64,000 nt of DNA from an uncultured bacterium (GCA_963825135.1 CAWGRW010000009.1:96001-160000); one strand, 5' to 3'. Shown: positions 9,674 to 20,102, numbered from the stretch's first letter. Numbers and translations are program-made. Notes: generated from the letters alone by a model not told the origin.

Positions 9674-11246
9674 AATATCCCCCTGTCTGTTTCTCCCTCT
9701 CCCCCGGCCGTTATCCAGCCCGCCACCCTCGACGCGAGGGCATTGGTCGGAAAGACCATCACGCCTTCTTTCCTGAGCTTCTCTTCCTGGTCACGGAGTC
9801 CCTGGGGGTCCCGCTCCGTGCCGCACACGTGAGCGACGTACGCGACAGAGCGCCCCTTTTTCCGGGCGGCCGCCTTCGCCGCCCTTATCGCCGGCAGGAG
9901 GTCCCCCGCCGGGTCGGGGCTCGCGACGTGGCCGAGCACGACGTCGAAGAGTATCACCGCGACTTCGGGCTTCGCGGCTTCGCTCAGGAGCCTTTCGCTC
10001 CGGAGCGTCGCGTCTATCATCGGGTGCGGGCGTCCGACCGTGAACTCCTCCTCCCCCAGATCGACGCACGTGTTGCCTACGCTGACGTTTGAGTCCTTCA
10101 GCTTGTTTTTCTTGTTTAGAGGCGCGTTCGAATATACGTCCCCGAGCGACAGGGTGAGTATCTGCTGCGCCTCGTAGCAGAGCGTACCTCCCGAGAATAG
10201 CCCCCTCAGGTAACGCTGATTGCGCTTCCGCGAGCGGACGTATTTCCCGGCCTGCCTCTTCCAGCTCTTTCCAGCGCCGGGGGCGTGCTTCTTAATGCCC
10301 CCGTTTACGAGGGCGAGCGCCGAGAAAGCGGCTTCTTCGAGAGTCGATACGAGCTTTATATTCTCGTCTTCCGGCAGGCGCAGACCGTGCCCCAGGAAGC
10401 ATACGACGGCGGGCTTTCCGGTCTCGCCTATCGCGGCGAGTATCTTTTCCGCCACATTTTTCGAAGGCGGCTTCGAGACGACGAGCAGCGCCTTCGTATT
10501 ATTATCGCTACCCAGTATCCTGAGCGCTGCGAGCGTCATTATCCCGCCCACTTCCCCCGACAGGTCCCTTCCCCCGACCCCTATAGCGTGCGTGATGCCG
10601 GAGCCCAAGTTGCTAATGAGGCTCGTCACCTCCTGCATGCCCGTGCCGGCGGCGGCTATCACACCTATCGGGCCCCTCTCCACGACGTTTGCGAACCCGA
10701 GCCCCGTGCCGTTTATTATCGCCGTGCCGCAGCCCGGGCCCATGACCAGGAGCCCGCGCCCGGACGCCCTTCTTTTTAGCTCTATTTCTTCTTCTACCGT
10801 TACGTTGTCGCTGAATAAAAATGTGTGAAGCCCCTTTTCTATGGCCTTCGAGACCTCGAGCTTCGCGTACTCCCCCGGCACCGAAATGAGCGCGATATTC
10901 GCCGCCGGAAGGACGTTCAACGCGGTATCGAGCCCCTTCACCGCCTCGGCCGTCCCCGCCCGCCGGGCGCCCTGAGGGGCAAGGAGCGAATCGAGCATGC
11001 CCATCGCTTCGCTGCGCCTTTGACTCCGTCTCGGCCTCGACCGCGACGATGAGGTCGTTCGCGCTCGCCTGCTCCGGGGCCTCCGTGATGAGCCCGGCTT
11101 CCCTGAGCATTTTCAGATTGGCTTCGGTCGCCATTATCGCCGAGGCCTTTTTTATACCGGGCAGAGCCGGAGAGCTTCCGGCTGAGCTGCATGAGCTTTA
11201 GCGAGTCCTGGTAATGATTCTTTTTAATTATGCTGGCTATCGCCAT
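9670..11246 (-). CDS. fdrA: FdrA/AllF acyl-CoA-synthetase-like protein, with two +1 frameshifts (~11165, ~11011; possibly sequencing errors)
   Basis: Joined reading: MAIASIIKKNHYQDSLKLM..SG/LPGIKKASAIMATEAN..ESKA/EAMGML..ISVPGEYA..FSDNV..MGPGCG..GGRDL..GLFSGGTLCYE..FTVGRPHPMID. Confidence 0.85.
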
Positions 11247-11308
11247 AATAGTTCCTTTACCGACTTCCAACCCGTCCCGCGAACCCGGCGCCGCCTGCGT
11301 CCGCAATC

Positions 11309-12604
11309 TCAGGCCGCGAGCTTATGTCTCTGCCCATACGCCGTGACCGCCTTTACGAAACATTCGTAAGGCGCCCTCACTATCCCCGCTCCTATCTGCC
11401 CCGCGCCCGAGCTCTTATGCACGACGGCGCTGTTGATGCTGGGCAGTATCCCCGTCTCGACCACTTTCCTGAGGTCTATGCCCGTGGGCGTGCCCTCGAA
11501 GTCGAGTGCCGGTATTCCGAACTTCGGGTTTTTAAGAGTCGTTATGAGCTGCATTCTCTTCGTGATGCTTATAGATTCCCGGACGCCCCCGCCCGCGAAC
11601 GCGGCCATTGAAGGCGCGGCCGCTATGGCGAACCCGCCTAATCCCATGGTCTCGATTATGGAGCTGTCCCCTATATCGGGCGCGCCGTCCTCCGCGCTGT
11701 ATCCCGGATTGTAGAGCGCGTCGAGGAGATATGGCGCCGGGGCGGTGAACCACGCGTCGCCGAGCCCGCTGACTTTTATGCCGAAGTCGGTCCCGTTCCG
11801 GGACATGGCCGTAACTATGGTCGAATCCTCTATCCCGTGCGCGGCGTCCATGGCGAGCTTGCACGCGGTCATAGTGATGTTGAGGAAGAAGTGGCTGTTC
11901 CCCGCTATGAACCTGTAGACCTCGAGCGCCCTCTCGCGGGGCAGGTCGAGCTTGAAGAGCGTCTCGGCGATTATCTTGAGGAATATGTTCGTCGACGCGG
12001 CGTGCCTGTTGTGGCACTCGTCCCCCATCTGTATGCCCTGGGCGAGTATGCTCCACACGGGTATTCCGCCCGTCATGCCGAGGGCCTTTTTCATTACGGG
12101 GGCGAGCACGTCCCTCATCCACCTGAGCCGCTTTATCGTCTCTTCCCCCACGGAGCCGAACCAGAGGACCTTGCCTCCGCCCTCGTTGAACGTCGAATAG
12201 ACGGTCCTGCCGTGAGTTATGTCCTTCGTCACTATGACGGGCATCGAGGGGGAGATTATCCCCGTCATCGGGCCCACGGCGTCGTGATAGTGATTGGGAG
12301 AAAATTTTATTTTTTTCGATTTGATCAGCGCCTCCGCGCCCTTGTCGTCATGGGCGAGGCCCTCGAATATGAGCGCGCCCCTGACGGCCCTCTTCATCGC
12401 GTCGCACATCCTCTGCCATGTGACGGGAGGCCCCGCGTGGAGTATCGTGTCCGGGGTCATCCCCGGAACGGACGAGAGCGCGGTATCTACGCCCGACAGC
12501 ACGGGCTCCGTCGAGAGGAGCCTCTCTAACGCGCGCGCGTTTGACTCCCTTATGCGGTCGCCCATGTATCTCTCTACGGGCTTTTCGGCCCCTTTAATAG
12601 ACAT
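11309..12604 (-). CDS. DUF1116 family protein (YlbE/AllG-like)
   Basis: ILHAGPP, AVGPMTG, MGDECHNR, MSRNGTDFGI, PDIGDSSI.ET.GLGG, GQIGAG. Confidence 0.9.
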   Translation of the reverse strand: MSIKGAEKPVERYMGDRIRESNARALERLLSTEPVLSGVDTALSSVPGMTPDTILHAGPPVTWQRMCDAMKRAVRGALIFEGLAHDDKGAEALIKSKKIKFSPNHYHDAVGPMTGIISPSMPVIVTKDITHGRTVYSTFNEGGGKVLWFGSVGEETIKRLRWMRDVLAPVMKKALGMTGGIPVWSILAQGIQMGDECHNRHAASTNIFLKIIAETLFKLDLPRERALEVYRFIAGNSHFFLNITMTACKLAMDAAHGIEDSTIVTAMSRNGTDFGIKVSGLGDAWFTAPAPYLLDALYNPGYSAEDGAPDIGDSSIIETMGLGGFAIAAAPSMAAFAGGGVRESISITKRMQLITTLKNPKFGIPALDFEGTPTGIDLRKVVETGILPSINSAVVHKSSGAGQIGAGIVRAPYECFVKAVTAYGQRHKLAA

Positions 12605-12628
12605 TCTACCGTTTTCTCCCCCCGCCCG

Positions 12629-13216
12629 TTATGATGGCGGGACTGCCAGTATCCAAAGTAATTTGGCCTTGCTCTGTCCCACGTTTCTCCATTTGTGTTC
12701 GAGGAGCGTCCTGAAGTGGATGCTGTCTCCGGGGGCGAGCGTGTACGTTTTATCGTACACCTGGAACTCCACTTTCCCGTTGATGCAGTAAACCAGCTCC
12801 TCTCCCCTGTGCTTCATCGGCGTCTTGCCGCTCGACGCCCCGACCTCGAGCACCGAGTACGCGGCGGTCATGATGAAATCCCCGTACTTCGTGGCCGATA
12901 TGCCCTGGAGCTCGAGCCCTTTTTTAAACGTGAGTATCGGCTCGCGCTCATTCGCCGAAACAAAAACCACGTCGCTGTCCTCTTTTTTTTCTTCTATGAA
13001 ATGGCTCACCTTTTTTCCGAGCGCGTCCGAGATCTTCATCATCGTCGTGATGGTGGGGGTTATGCCGTTTGACTCGATCTTGTGAATCGCCGCGGCCGAG
13101 ACGCCCGATTTATTCGCGAGATCCTTGAGCGAGAGACCCCTCTCGGTACGCATGTTTTTTATCTTCTCGCCGAGCCTCGATACTATGTGATCTATCCGAT
13201 ATTTCTCAGCCGCCAT
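12629..13216 (-). CDS. XRE-family HTH-cupin transcriptional regulator
   Basis: N-terminal HTH_3 (LSLKDLANKSGVSAAAIHKIE) and C-terminal cupin (HRGEE, GDSIHF...H). Confidence 0.92.
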   Translation of the reverse strand: MAAEKYRIDHIVSRLGEKIKNMRTERGLSLKDLANKSGVSAAAIHKIESNGITPTITTMMKISDALGKKVSHFIEEKKEDSDVVFVSANEREPILTFKKGLELQGISATKYGDFIMTAAYSVLEVGASSGKTPMKHRGEELVYCINGKVEFQVYDKTYTLAPGDSIHFRTLLEHKWRNVGQSKAKLLWILAVPPS

Positions 13217-14192
13217 TTTTCACCTGTGGGGTATTTACGGGATTCACGCCTATTAGAGGCTCTTCGTCAAAATTCCAGAACATCGCTTTTTCGCCGCCGT
13301 CCGTGAAGTAAACCCTGCTGTCGTTTATGACCCGGCCTATCGTTTCGCATACGAGGCCCCCGTCCCTGAACCTGTCCTTTATATATTGCGTCTTATCCGG
13401 CCGGGACGAGATGATGAACCCGTAACTCGGGAATGTCAGGAGCCACTTTTGGAGCGGCACGTCCCCGGGCGCAGGGATGCGGTCGAGATAGATTTCGGCC
13501 CCGGCCTTCGAGCCCTCGAGCAGCATGAGCGCTGAGCCTATGAGCCCGGCCATGCTCACGTCCTTTGCGGCGTCGGCGAGCCCCTCTTCCGCGAGCCGCG
13601 GAAGTATTTCGAGCTGCCGCCTGAGCTCGTCTTCGGCGAGCGCGCTCGAGGAGTCCCAGAAATTAAACGCCGGGTAGAACCTGCCTTCGAGGTCGGCGGC
13701 GAGAATAATGTCGTCGCCTTCGAGTGCGCCGAAGCCCGAGAGCAGGCGCTCGGCCTTTCCCAATATAAAAACAGACAGGGAGCCGGATTCGGCGTCTAAC
13801 GTCGTGTGCCCGCCCACTACAGGGACGCCGTAACGCCCGGCGTTGTCCCTTATGCCGCGCAGCACCTCTCCGGCGCTCTCCAGGTCTTTAGAGAAGAGCA
13901 CGTCCACTAGCGCGACGGGCCTCCCGCCCATCGCGTATATATCGTTCACGTTCGTGAGCACGGAAGTCCTGCCCGCGAGGTACGGATTCGAATCGAGGAG
14001 CGGCTGGTACACGCCTTCAGCGGCGAGCAGCAGATATCCGTCCCCGGATTTTATGGCCGCCGCGTCGTCGCCCAGAAGTATGTCGTTCCCGTCTATGCGG
14101 GGCGCGAGCGGGAAGTACCGCCAGAGGCCCGCGAGGTACTGCTTCTGAACGAGCCTGGTTGAGGATTTGAGTGTCCGGATCAGATTCTGCAA
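13206..14192 (-). CDS. sll0787-family AIR synthase/selenophosphate-synthetase-like protein
   Basis: LGDDAAAI, NVNDIYAMGGRP, VGGHT, AKDVSMAG, WLLTFPSYG. Confidence 0.9.
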   Translation of the reverse strand: MQNLIRTLKSSTRLVQKQYLAGLWRYFPLAPRIDGNDILLGDDAAAIKSGDGYLLLAAEGVYQPLLDSNPYLAGRTSVLTNVNDIYAMGGRPVALVDVLFSKDLESAGEVLRGIRDNAGRYGVPVVGGHTTLDAESGSLSVFILGKAERLLSGFGALEGDDIILAADLEGRFYPAFNFWDSSSALAEDELRRQLEILPRLAEEGLADAAKDVSMAGLIGSALMLLEGSKAGAEIYLDRIPAPGDVPLQKWLLTFPSYGFIISSRPDKTQYIKDRFRDGGLVCETIGRVINDSRVYFTDGGEKAMFWNFDEEPLIGVNPVNTPQVKNGG

Positions 14193-14211
14193 ACGCGCTT
14201 CCTTTACTCTT

Positions 14212-14703
14212 TTATGCGGAGTGGAGGTCCGCTTCCATCAGCTGGTGCGTGACGCCTTCGTATTCGACCGGGTCGCCCGCGGGCTTCCAGTCGAGCCTCT
14301 TGAAAAAATTCACGTTCTGAGGCTGCACGTACGCGAGGAATTTTTTGCATCCCCTCGATTTGACCGTCTCTACGGCGAACCTGACGAGTCCCGAGCCCAC
14401 GCGGCCGTTCCTGTAGCCGTTGGCCGCCGTGAGTCTCCCGCCGTACCACGTGTCGTTACCCGTCGTATAGCACCTCACTCCCCCTACCATGACTCCGTCC
14501 GGGCCCTTGAGCGCGATTATGTGTATCGCCCCCCGGTCGCGCTCGTCCACGTCCGTGCCGCTGAATATCTTCTGCTCTTCGACGAATACCGCGTGACGGA
14601 GCCTGAAATAATTACCGAGCTCTTCCCCGTTCTCCGCGATCTTGAATGTGTATTCCCCGGATTTTCGAATGTGCGCTTCCCCAACCTGTTTGAATGTGTT
14701 CAT
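14212..14703 (-). CDS. MSMEG_0567/sll0786-family GNAT N-acetyltransferase
   Basis: LRHAVFVEEQKIF, WYGGRL, FLAYVQPQNVNFF, HQLMEADL; ATG 14703 preferred because the longer start overlaps the predicted -10 box. Confidence 0.88.
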   Translation of the reverse strand: MNTFKQVGEAHIRKSGEYTFKIAENGEELGNYFRLRHAVFVEEQKIFSGTDVDERDRGAIHIIALKGPDGVMVGGVRCYTTGNDTWYGGRLTAANGYRNGRVGSGLVRFAVETVKSRGCKKFLAYVQPQNVNFFKRLDWKPAGDPVEYEGVTHQLMEADLHSA

Positions 14704-14730
14704 CCGCGGTCCCGGAACACCTGCCGGCCC

Positions 14731-14775
14731 GTCCACTATATTGGACACTATATCAACTTTAGTAAATCAAGTCAA
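14731..14775 (-). promoter_or_regulatory. sigma70-type promoter for the cluster with an adjacent inverted repeat (candidate operator)
   Basis: Minus strand TTGACT (14775-14770), 17 bp, TATAGT (14752-14747); GTCCA-N6-TGGAC at 14731-14746 directly downstream. Confidence 0.6.
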
Positions 14776-14858
14776 GAATATTCCGGGCGCGGAAGAACGC
14801 GGTGCGCCCGTCATTCGGAGCCCCGTGTTTAATGAGGATCAAGCGGTTTGCGGACGCC

Positions 14859-14887
14859 TTGACTAGCGGGTATTAATTTCCTATAAT
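14859..14887 (+). promoter_or_regulatory. sigma70 promoter of the FmdB-like gene
   Basis: TTGACT-17 bp-TATAAT, about 30 bp upstream of ATG 14917. Confidence 0.7.
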
Positions 14888-14916
14888 GTACGGAGCATAT
14901 ACTATAGGAAAACAAC

Positions 14917-15291
14917 ATGCCCATCTATGAATACCACTGTCCCAAGTGCCGGAAGGAAGTAAGTATTTTTTTCCTGACCGTGTCGGAGGCCCTGGAAAGA
15001 AAGCCGGCGTGCCCCGAATGCGGGAGTAAAAAGCTCGCGCGGGTCATCTCGAATATCTCTACGGTATCGAAAGCGGACAGCGCCAAAGAGACAGGCGTCC
15101 CGAAGGCCGGAGCCCCGGGTGAAGACACCGCTTCCCTCGCCCGCATCATGCGCGAGTCGAGCCGGAAGTCGAAGACCGGCTACGGGGAGCAGTTCAGCGA
15201 GGTAGCGGCCCGTCTCGAAAAAGGGGAGCCGTCGAAATCGATAGAGAAGAAGCTCAGGAAAAGGGTCGGCGAGACAATGGAAACTCATTGA
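14917..15291 (+). CDS. FmdB-family zinc-ribbon regulatory protein
   Basis: MPIYEYHCPKC...CPECGSKKL.RVIS. Confidence 0.88.
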   Translation: MPIYEYHCPKCRKEVSIFFLTVSEALERKPACPECGSKKLARVISNISTVSKADSAKETGVPKAGAPGEDTASLARIMRESSRKSKTGYGEQFSEVAARLEKGEPSKSIEKKLRKRVGETMETH

Positions 15292-15306
15292 CGGGGGGCA
15301 GTCCAC

Positions 15307-15400
15307 GGGGCGGATAAGGGGGACAGACGAGCGGGGGCAAACAGGGGGCGGATAAGAGGAACAGGCGGGCGGGGGCAAACAGGGGGCGGACAATGGGGGA
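15307..15400. repeat. G-rich 38-bp tandem repeat (~2.4 copies)
   Basis: ggggcggataagggggacagacgagcgggggcaaacag / ggggcggataagaggaacaggcgggcgggggcaaacag / ggggcggacaatggggga. Confidence 0.75.
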
Positions 15401-15499
15401 GAATGACCGGCGATAATTAAGCGGGACAGATAGACAAAGACCCGGGGCGGTTAGATAAAGACAATGGGTCAAAAAACAAAGACAAAAGGAGACAGTCCG

Positions 15500-16357
15500 A
15501 TGAGCAGCATAGTAAAAAGAAAGAAGATTTTCGATAACCATAGTCACATAGGGCCTGTGCCCGGCTTCGCTTACTACGGCCTGCCTCAGGCGGTGAAACC
15601 CACGACGGATTACGATAAGACAGAGGACTATATAAAAGGTATGGACAAGCACGGTGTCGACCGCGCCCTGGTCATGTCGAATTACGGCTACCCGGATTCG
15701 GCGCAGCCGTTCACGCTGAACCCGCTAGTCGCGGACAGCGCGCAGAAAACGGACAGGCTCATGGGGGCCATATGGGTCTCGGCGCTTCCCAAGGACAAGG
15801 AGCGCACGACCGAGGCGCTCAAGCTCATAGGCGAAAAGGGGCTCGTAGCGTTAAAGACGACCTGCCTCCTCGGAGGGACGTTTAACCCCGAGCAGTGGGA
15901 CAAGGAATCGGAAGAGCTCTGGACGATGATCCTCGACGCGGCCGCGGCTCACGACATGCCGTTCCACATACACACGAGCCCGGGCGGGGGGTCGGACATC
16001 GACGGCGCGCTCGCTCTTATCAGGAAATTCGGAAAGAAGGCAAAGATACACGTCGTCCACATGGGCGGCGGGGTGAGCGGCCATATCAAGTTCGTCCCCA
16101 GGTTCTTCGAGCTCGTGGAAGAGGGCTATCAGGTCTATACGGACTCGTCCTGGGCCGTAGGGTTCGGCTCGACGTGGCTCCTCGAGGAGATAGAGCGGAG
16201 AGGCGTCGGAGGCGACCGCTTCCTGTTCGGCTCCGATATACCGTGGAGCGATTTCGCGTCCGAGTACTGGAAGATAGAAGGCGCCGACGTATCGGAAAAA
16301 CTGAAAGCGGATATATTCTGGAACAACGCCGAGAAGCTCTACGGCAAGTTCTGGTGA
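15500..16357 (+). CDS. amidohydrolase family protein (Amidohydro_2)
   Basis: DNHSH, HIHT, VHMGGG and FGSDIPW metal-binding motifs; RBS AAGGAG before ATG 15500. Confidence 0.88.
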   Translation: MSSIVKRKKIFDNHSHIGPVPGFAYYGLPQAVKPTTDYDKTEDYIKGMDKHGVDRALVMSNYGYPDSAQPFTLNPLVADSAQKTDRLMGAIWVSALPKDKERTTEALKLIGEKGLVALKTTCLLGGTFNPEQWDKESEELWTMILDAAAAHDMPFHIHTSPGGGSDIDGALALIRKFGKKAKIHVVHMGGGVSGHIKFVPRFFELVEEGYQVYTDSSWAVGFGSTWLLEEIERRGVGGDRFLFGSDIPWSDFASEYWKIEGADVSEKLKADIFWNNAEKLYGKFW

Positions 16358-16497
16358 TCAATCCGGCCGATTGCAAATAATCCGGCGGCTCTTGCGTCTC
16401 CCGCGGCGAAAGTCAGCGCAGCACCGCGCGCTTCGGGGTTGAATTCACCGCCTCCGGCCGGTTAATATTAAATACGCTCTATCCACGGCGTCAATTA

Positions 16498-17100
16498 ATG
16501 AACACGGTCGCTAATTCTTCATTCGGTCTATTCCTCAAGAAGGACTTTCTCGATGCGGAGCTGTGCAGCGCAGTCCGGTCGGAGATGTCCTCGTCCGCAG
16601 GGGACCCGGCGTCAATCGTAAAAACAGGCATGCGCCTGATCGACGAAGACACGCGGCGCACCGTGAGAAAAACGGTGTCGGACGAGACGATTTCTCTCCT
16701 CCGCGGCAGGCTGACCTGCGTCAAAAGCGAGCTCGAATCCTATTTCGGCATAGAGCTCTCGCATCCGCAGGAGCCTCAATTCCTTTTTTACAGGCCCGGA
16801 GATTTCTTTCAAGTTCACACCGACTGGAACGCCAACCCGAAAAACCCGGAGACGGTCAGGGAGCGCAAGGTTTCGGCGGTCGTGTTCCTGAACGACGAAT
16901 CGGACGAGCCCGGGGACGATACCTACGCCGGGGGCTCGCTTGTTTTATACGGGATACTGAAGGACCCGCGGTTCGAGTCGAGGGGCTTCAAGGTGCCGGG
17001 CGCCGCCGGAATGCTGCTCGCATTTCGTTCGGACCTCTTTCACGAGGTCACGCCCGTGACGCGCGGGTCGAGATATACCGTGGTTACCTGGTTCGCCTGA
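16498..17100 (+). CDS. 2OG-Fe(II) oxygenase (P4Hc/PKHD-like)
   Basis: HTD, RKVSAVVFLN, GGSL, HEVTPVTRGSRY...WF. Confidence 0.9.
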   Translation: MNTVANSSFGLFLKKDFLDAELCSAVRSEMSSSAGDPASIVKTGMRLIDEDTRRTVRKTVSDETISLLRGRLTCVKSELESYFGIELSHPQEPQFLFYRPGDFFQVHTDWNANPKNPETVRERKVSAVVFLNDESDEPGDDTYAGGSLVLYGILKDPRFESRGFKVPGAAGMLLAFRSDLFHEVTPVTRGSRYTVVTWFA

Positions 17101-17264
17101 CTGCGGTTCAGGCCCGAAATATCTTCATCATTGAAGTGGGCCGGGCGCCGGACATAACATCAACAGGCCTTCACCTCTGCCGTCCGGGAGATGAAAGAAA
17201 CGCGGGGATATCCGCGGGCGGAAGTCCGGGGTATATACGTCCGGGATTCCTTCTTGCCTTATTC

Positions 17265-17711
17265 TCACCCCCTCTTCCCCGGAAGCCTCCTGAAGCTGAT
17301 AGCGATCCTGTTCCAGAAGTTCATGTCCGCAATCACCAGCGTGAGGTCGATGAGCTCCTTTTCCGGGAACTGTTCGGCAACATATTCATAAATCGAATCG
17401 GGGGCGTGAGTATCTTCAACACGCGTCACGGCCTCCGCCCATTCGAGTGCCGCGCGCTCGCGCTCGTCGTAAAAGGGGACCTCCCTCCATACGACGAGGC
17501 AGTCTATACGCTGGGGCGTCTCCCCCTCTTTTCTAAGCTGGTTGGTATGCAGGTCCACGCAGTAGGCGCAGCCGTTTATCTGCGAGACGCGGAGCTGCAC
17601 CAGATACCGAAGCTTGCGCTCGATCGACGAATTCTCCAGATAATTGGCCCCCGAGGAAAAGGCCTTGACCGCCTCGGGCGCGACTTTGATGTAAGATGCC
17701 CGTTTTATCAT
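17265..17711 (-). CDS. carboxymuconolactone decarboxylase/AhpD-like protein
   Basis: LVQLRVSQINGCAYCVDLH, ERERAALEWAEAVT, NFWNRIAI. Confidence 0.9.
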   Translation of the reverse strand: MIKRASYIKVAPEAVKAFSSGANYLENSSIERKLRYLVQLRVSQINGCAYCVDLHTNQLRKEGETPQRIDCLVVWREVPFYDERERAALEWAEAVTRVEDTHAPDSIYEYVAEQFPEKELIDLTLVIADMNFWNRIAISFRRLPGKRG

Positions 17712-17968
17712 GCTGCACCTCTCTTTTGCTTTTTTCTCCATATAAATATCAACGGAATAGGCACGTTTGACAAGGAATTTTTGAGGGCAGTGGGGAAGCC
17801 GTATAAAGAACCAGGACAAGCCCTTTTCACAACTCATCCCGGGAGCAATGCATCATCAGTCTATCAGGGCAAATGACATACAAAAGTGATCATTGACAAT
17901 CATTCATGAGGTATAATATGATTTATTTGCAATATCACATAGATCCCTGCGGGGGGAGGTTTCAGACG

Positions 17969-18151
17969 ATGGGCGAGAGAAAGGTAATGGACTGCAGTAA
18001 GCATCCGAGCGACAACAACTGCACGCTCAGGATCAGCGGGAAAGAGGAAGAGGTCATGCCGGTTGCGGTATATCACGCTACGACGGCGCACGGCCACAAG
18101 GACAGTCCCGAACTCAGAAAACAGCTGAAATCCATGCTCGAAAACGAGTAG
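17969..18151 (+). CDS. DUF1059-family small protein
   Basis: DC...PS..NCTL.ISG.EEEV...A..HA...HGH; RBS GGAGG. Confidence 0.8.
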   Translation: MGERKVMDCSKHPSDNNCTLRISGKEEEVMPVAVYHATTAHGHKDSPELRKQLKSMLENE

Positions 18152-18488
18152 GCGGATTGATCTGAAATAGAAATTGCGCGCGGAAGATTCAGAAGCGGAC
18201 GAAATGTTCGAAGGATTCGTTTACATTAAATTGGTATACCCTCCGCATCAATAACACGTATAATTTTATTCCCATTCTCACGATTTTACTTATATCGTTA
18301 TTATTTATCAGCACTTGACTCCTGACTCCCGGCATTTCCCGACCGAATCGATAAAATATTTAATCCGAAGGGCATAAAAGTGACGTAGAATTAATGTAAT
18401 TTGAAAAGCCGGAATGAACGATTTTATCGAACGTTAATTACACGCGTCCGTATTTTATAGATTGTTCATTCGAAGAAGGAGGATTTCG

Positions 18489-20042
18489 ATGAAACGCACT
18501 GCCGTAATTGGAAGTTTGTTACTGATTGCTGGAATTTTATCCATCTTTATGGCCGCCGGATGTGACGACAATGGCGGAGGCGGCGATGACCCGTTCCCTC
18601 CGCCGAACTCGATCGCGACCAGGCTCGCCCAGAGGGGACAGACGGCGCCCGACGGGCAGGCGACTTTTACCGGCTTCATTCGACTTGGCGGGTCCGAGCA
18701 GCGGCGGTTTGGTGTCCTTCGTATCGCTCGAGAACATTGCAGAGGACACTAGAAGGCTGGTCCTGTACTATAGCCGACACGGGCGGGCTCATGGAAGTAG
18801 TGAAGACCGGGGACACCGCCCCGGATGGAGGAGGTATATTCAGGAGCTTTCTTCAGCTTATCGGAGTGAACGACCAGGCGCAGGTCGCGTTCGTCGGAAG
18901 GACGGCGGAATCCCCTCACGACGAGTTCGGCGATACGGAAGGATATTATCTCGGCAGCGAAGAAGGAATAGAAGTCCTCGTCCGCGAAGGGGACGCGGTA
19001 CCCGGCGGAGGTACGGTATTCAAGCTCTGCATACCCGGCTTCCTCGCCTGCTCGTACAGGTACGGCGGGCTAAACGAGAGCGGGCAGATCGTGTTCGTCG
19101 CGGCCCTTACAGACACGAACGACAACAGAGCGTTATTCCTCGCCGATACGGACGGTATAACGGAGCTTGCGCGAAAAGGCGACCCGGTGCCCGGCGGGAA
19201 CGGCGCGTTCGAGGATTTCTTCGACCCGGCCGGGCCTAACGAGAGCGGCCAGGTCGCGTTCGTCGGACGCATATCGGGGACTTCGGACGGAGAAAACGAC
19301 AACGAGGGCATCTACCTCGCGACCGAAGGCGGCGTCATAGAGCTCGCGCGCGAAGGCGACACAGTGCCGGGCGGAAACGGCACATTCGGGGATTTCCTGT
19401 TGCTATCGGGAATAAACGACGAGCGGCCAGGCCGCATTCAGCGCACAGCTCGTCGGCACGTCGGGAGGCGAGACCGATAACGAAGCGATCTTCCTCGCGA
19501 GCGAAGACGGAATTAGAGAGCTCGTGCGTAAAGGAGATTTAGTTCCCGGAGGCGGAGGCGGGATCATAGACAGCGAATTCTATCCCAGGGGTCCGAACGA
19601 AAACGGCGAGGTCGCGTTCGGCGCGGCAATCAGAAACGGCGACGAGGACGTTCCCATCGACTCGGCCATATTCCTCGCTGGTCCTTCCGGTATTACTACG
19701 CTCATCCGTCACGGCGATCCCGGCCCCGGGGGAGTCGGCCAGTTCGCACAGTTCGGGCTCGCGGGGTTAAACGATTCGGGGCAGGTGATATTCAGGTCGA
19801 GGCTGTTTGAGGGCAAGAAATCAGCCCAGGGCCTCTACCGCGTAGGTCCCGGGGAAAAAGTAACCGCGCTCGCGCAGGCGTTTCAGCCTGCCCCGCCCGG
19901 ACGGCTCGAAGCTCTACCGTACAATCGAGGACAACAGGTACCCGGGCCGAGCGACAGCGGACTCGCGTTTTTCGTAGCCGGCCTCATGAACGCGGACCGC
20001 ACATATTCGATCCAGGACACGGGCATCTTTTTAGCGCAGTGA
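18489..20042 (+). CDS. lipoprotein with NxxGxxAF tandem repeats (beta-propeller-like), three +1 frameshifts (~18678, ~18768, ~19423)
   Basis: Lipobox AAGC; repeats LARKGDPVPGG...NESGQVAF/NDQAQVAF/NENGEVAF continue across consecutive frames. Confidence 0.7.
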
Positions 20043-20102
20043 GGTTTTAAATATCGGGGCTTTCGGGTTTGAATCTACTAAGCGCCGCAATCGAAGAGGA
20101 TG

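Noticed and set aside
11000..11170. Programmed frameshifting in fdrA
   Set aside because: The shift points are not at clear slippery sites and match the window-wide pattern of single-base insertions
2314..14192. Selenoprotein recoding in the cluster, prompted by the SelD-like fold and the OsmC and DsrE genes
   Set aside because: No in-frame TGA at conserved Cys positions; the ORFs are complete with Cys codons
14704..14748. Longer N-terminus for the GNAT gene (start 14748)
   Set aside because: That codon lies within the predicted -10 box; ATG 14703 preferred
16433..16460. cggggttgaattcaccgcctccgg as a fifth tRNA-Asp fragment
   Set aside because: Similarity is too weak and the T-stem cannot pair; more likely a promoter region
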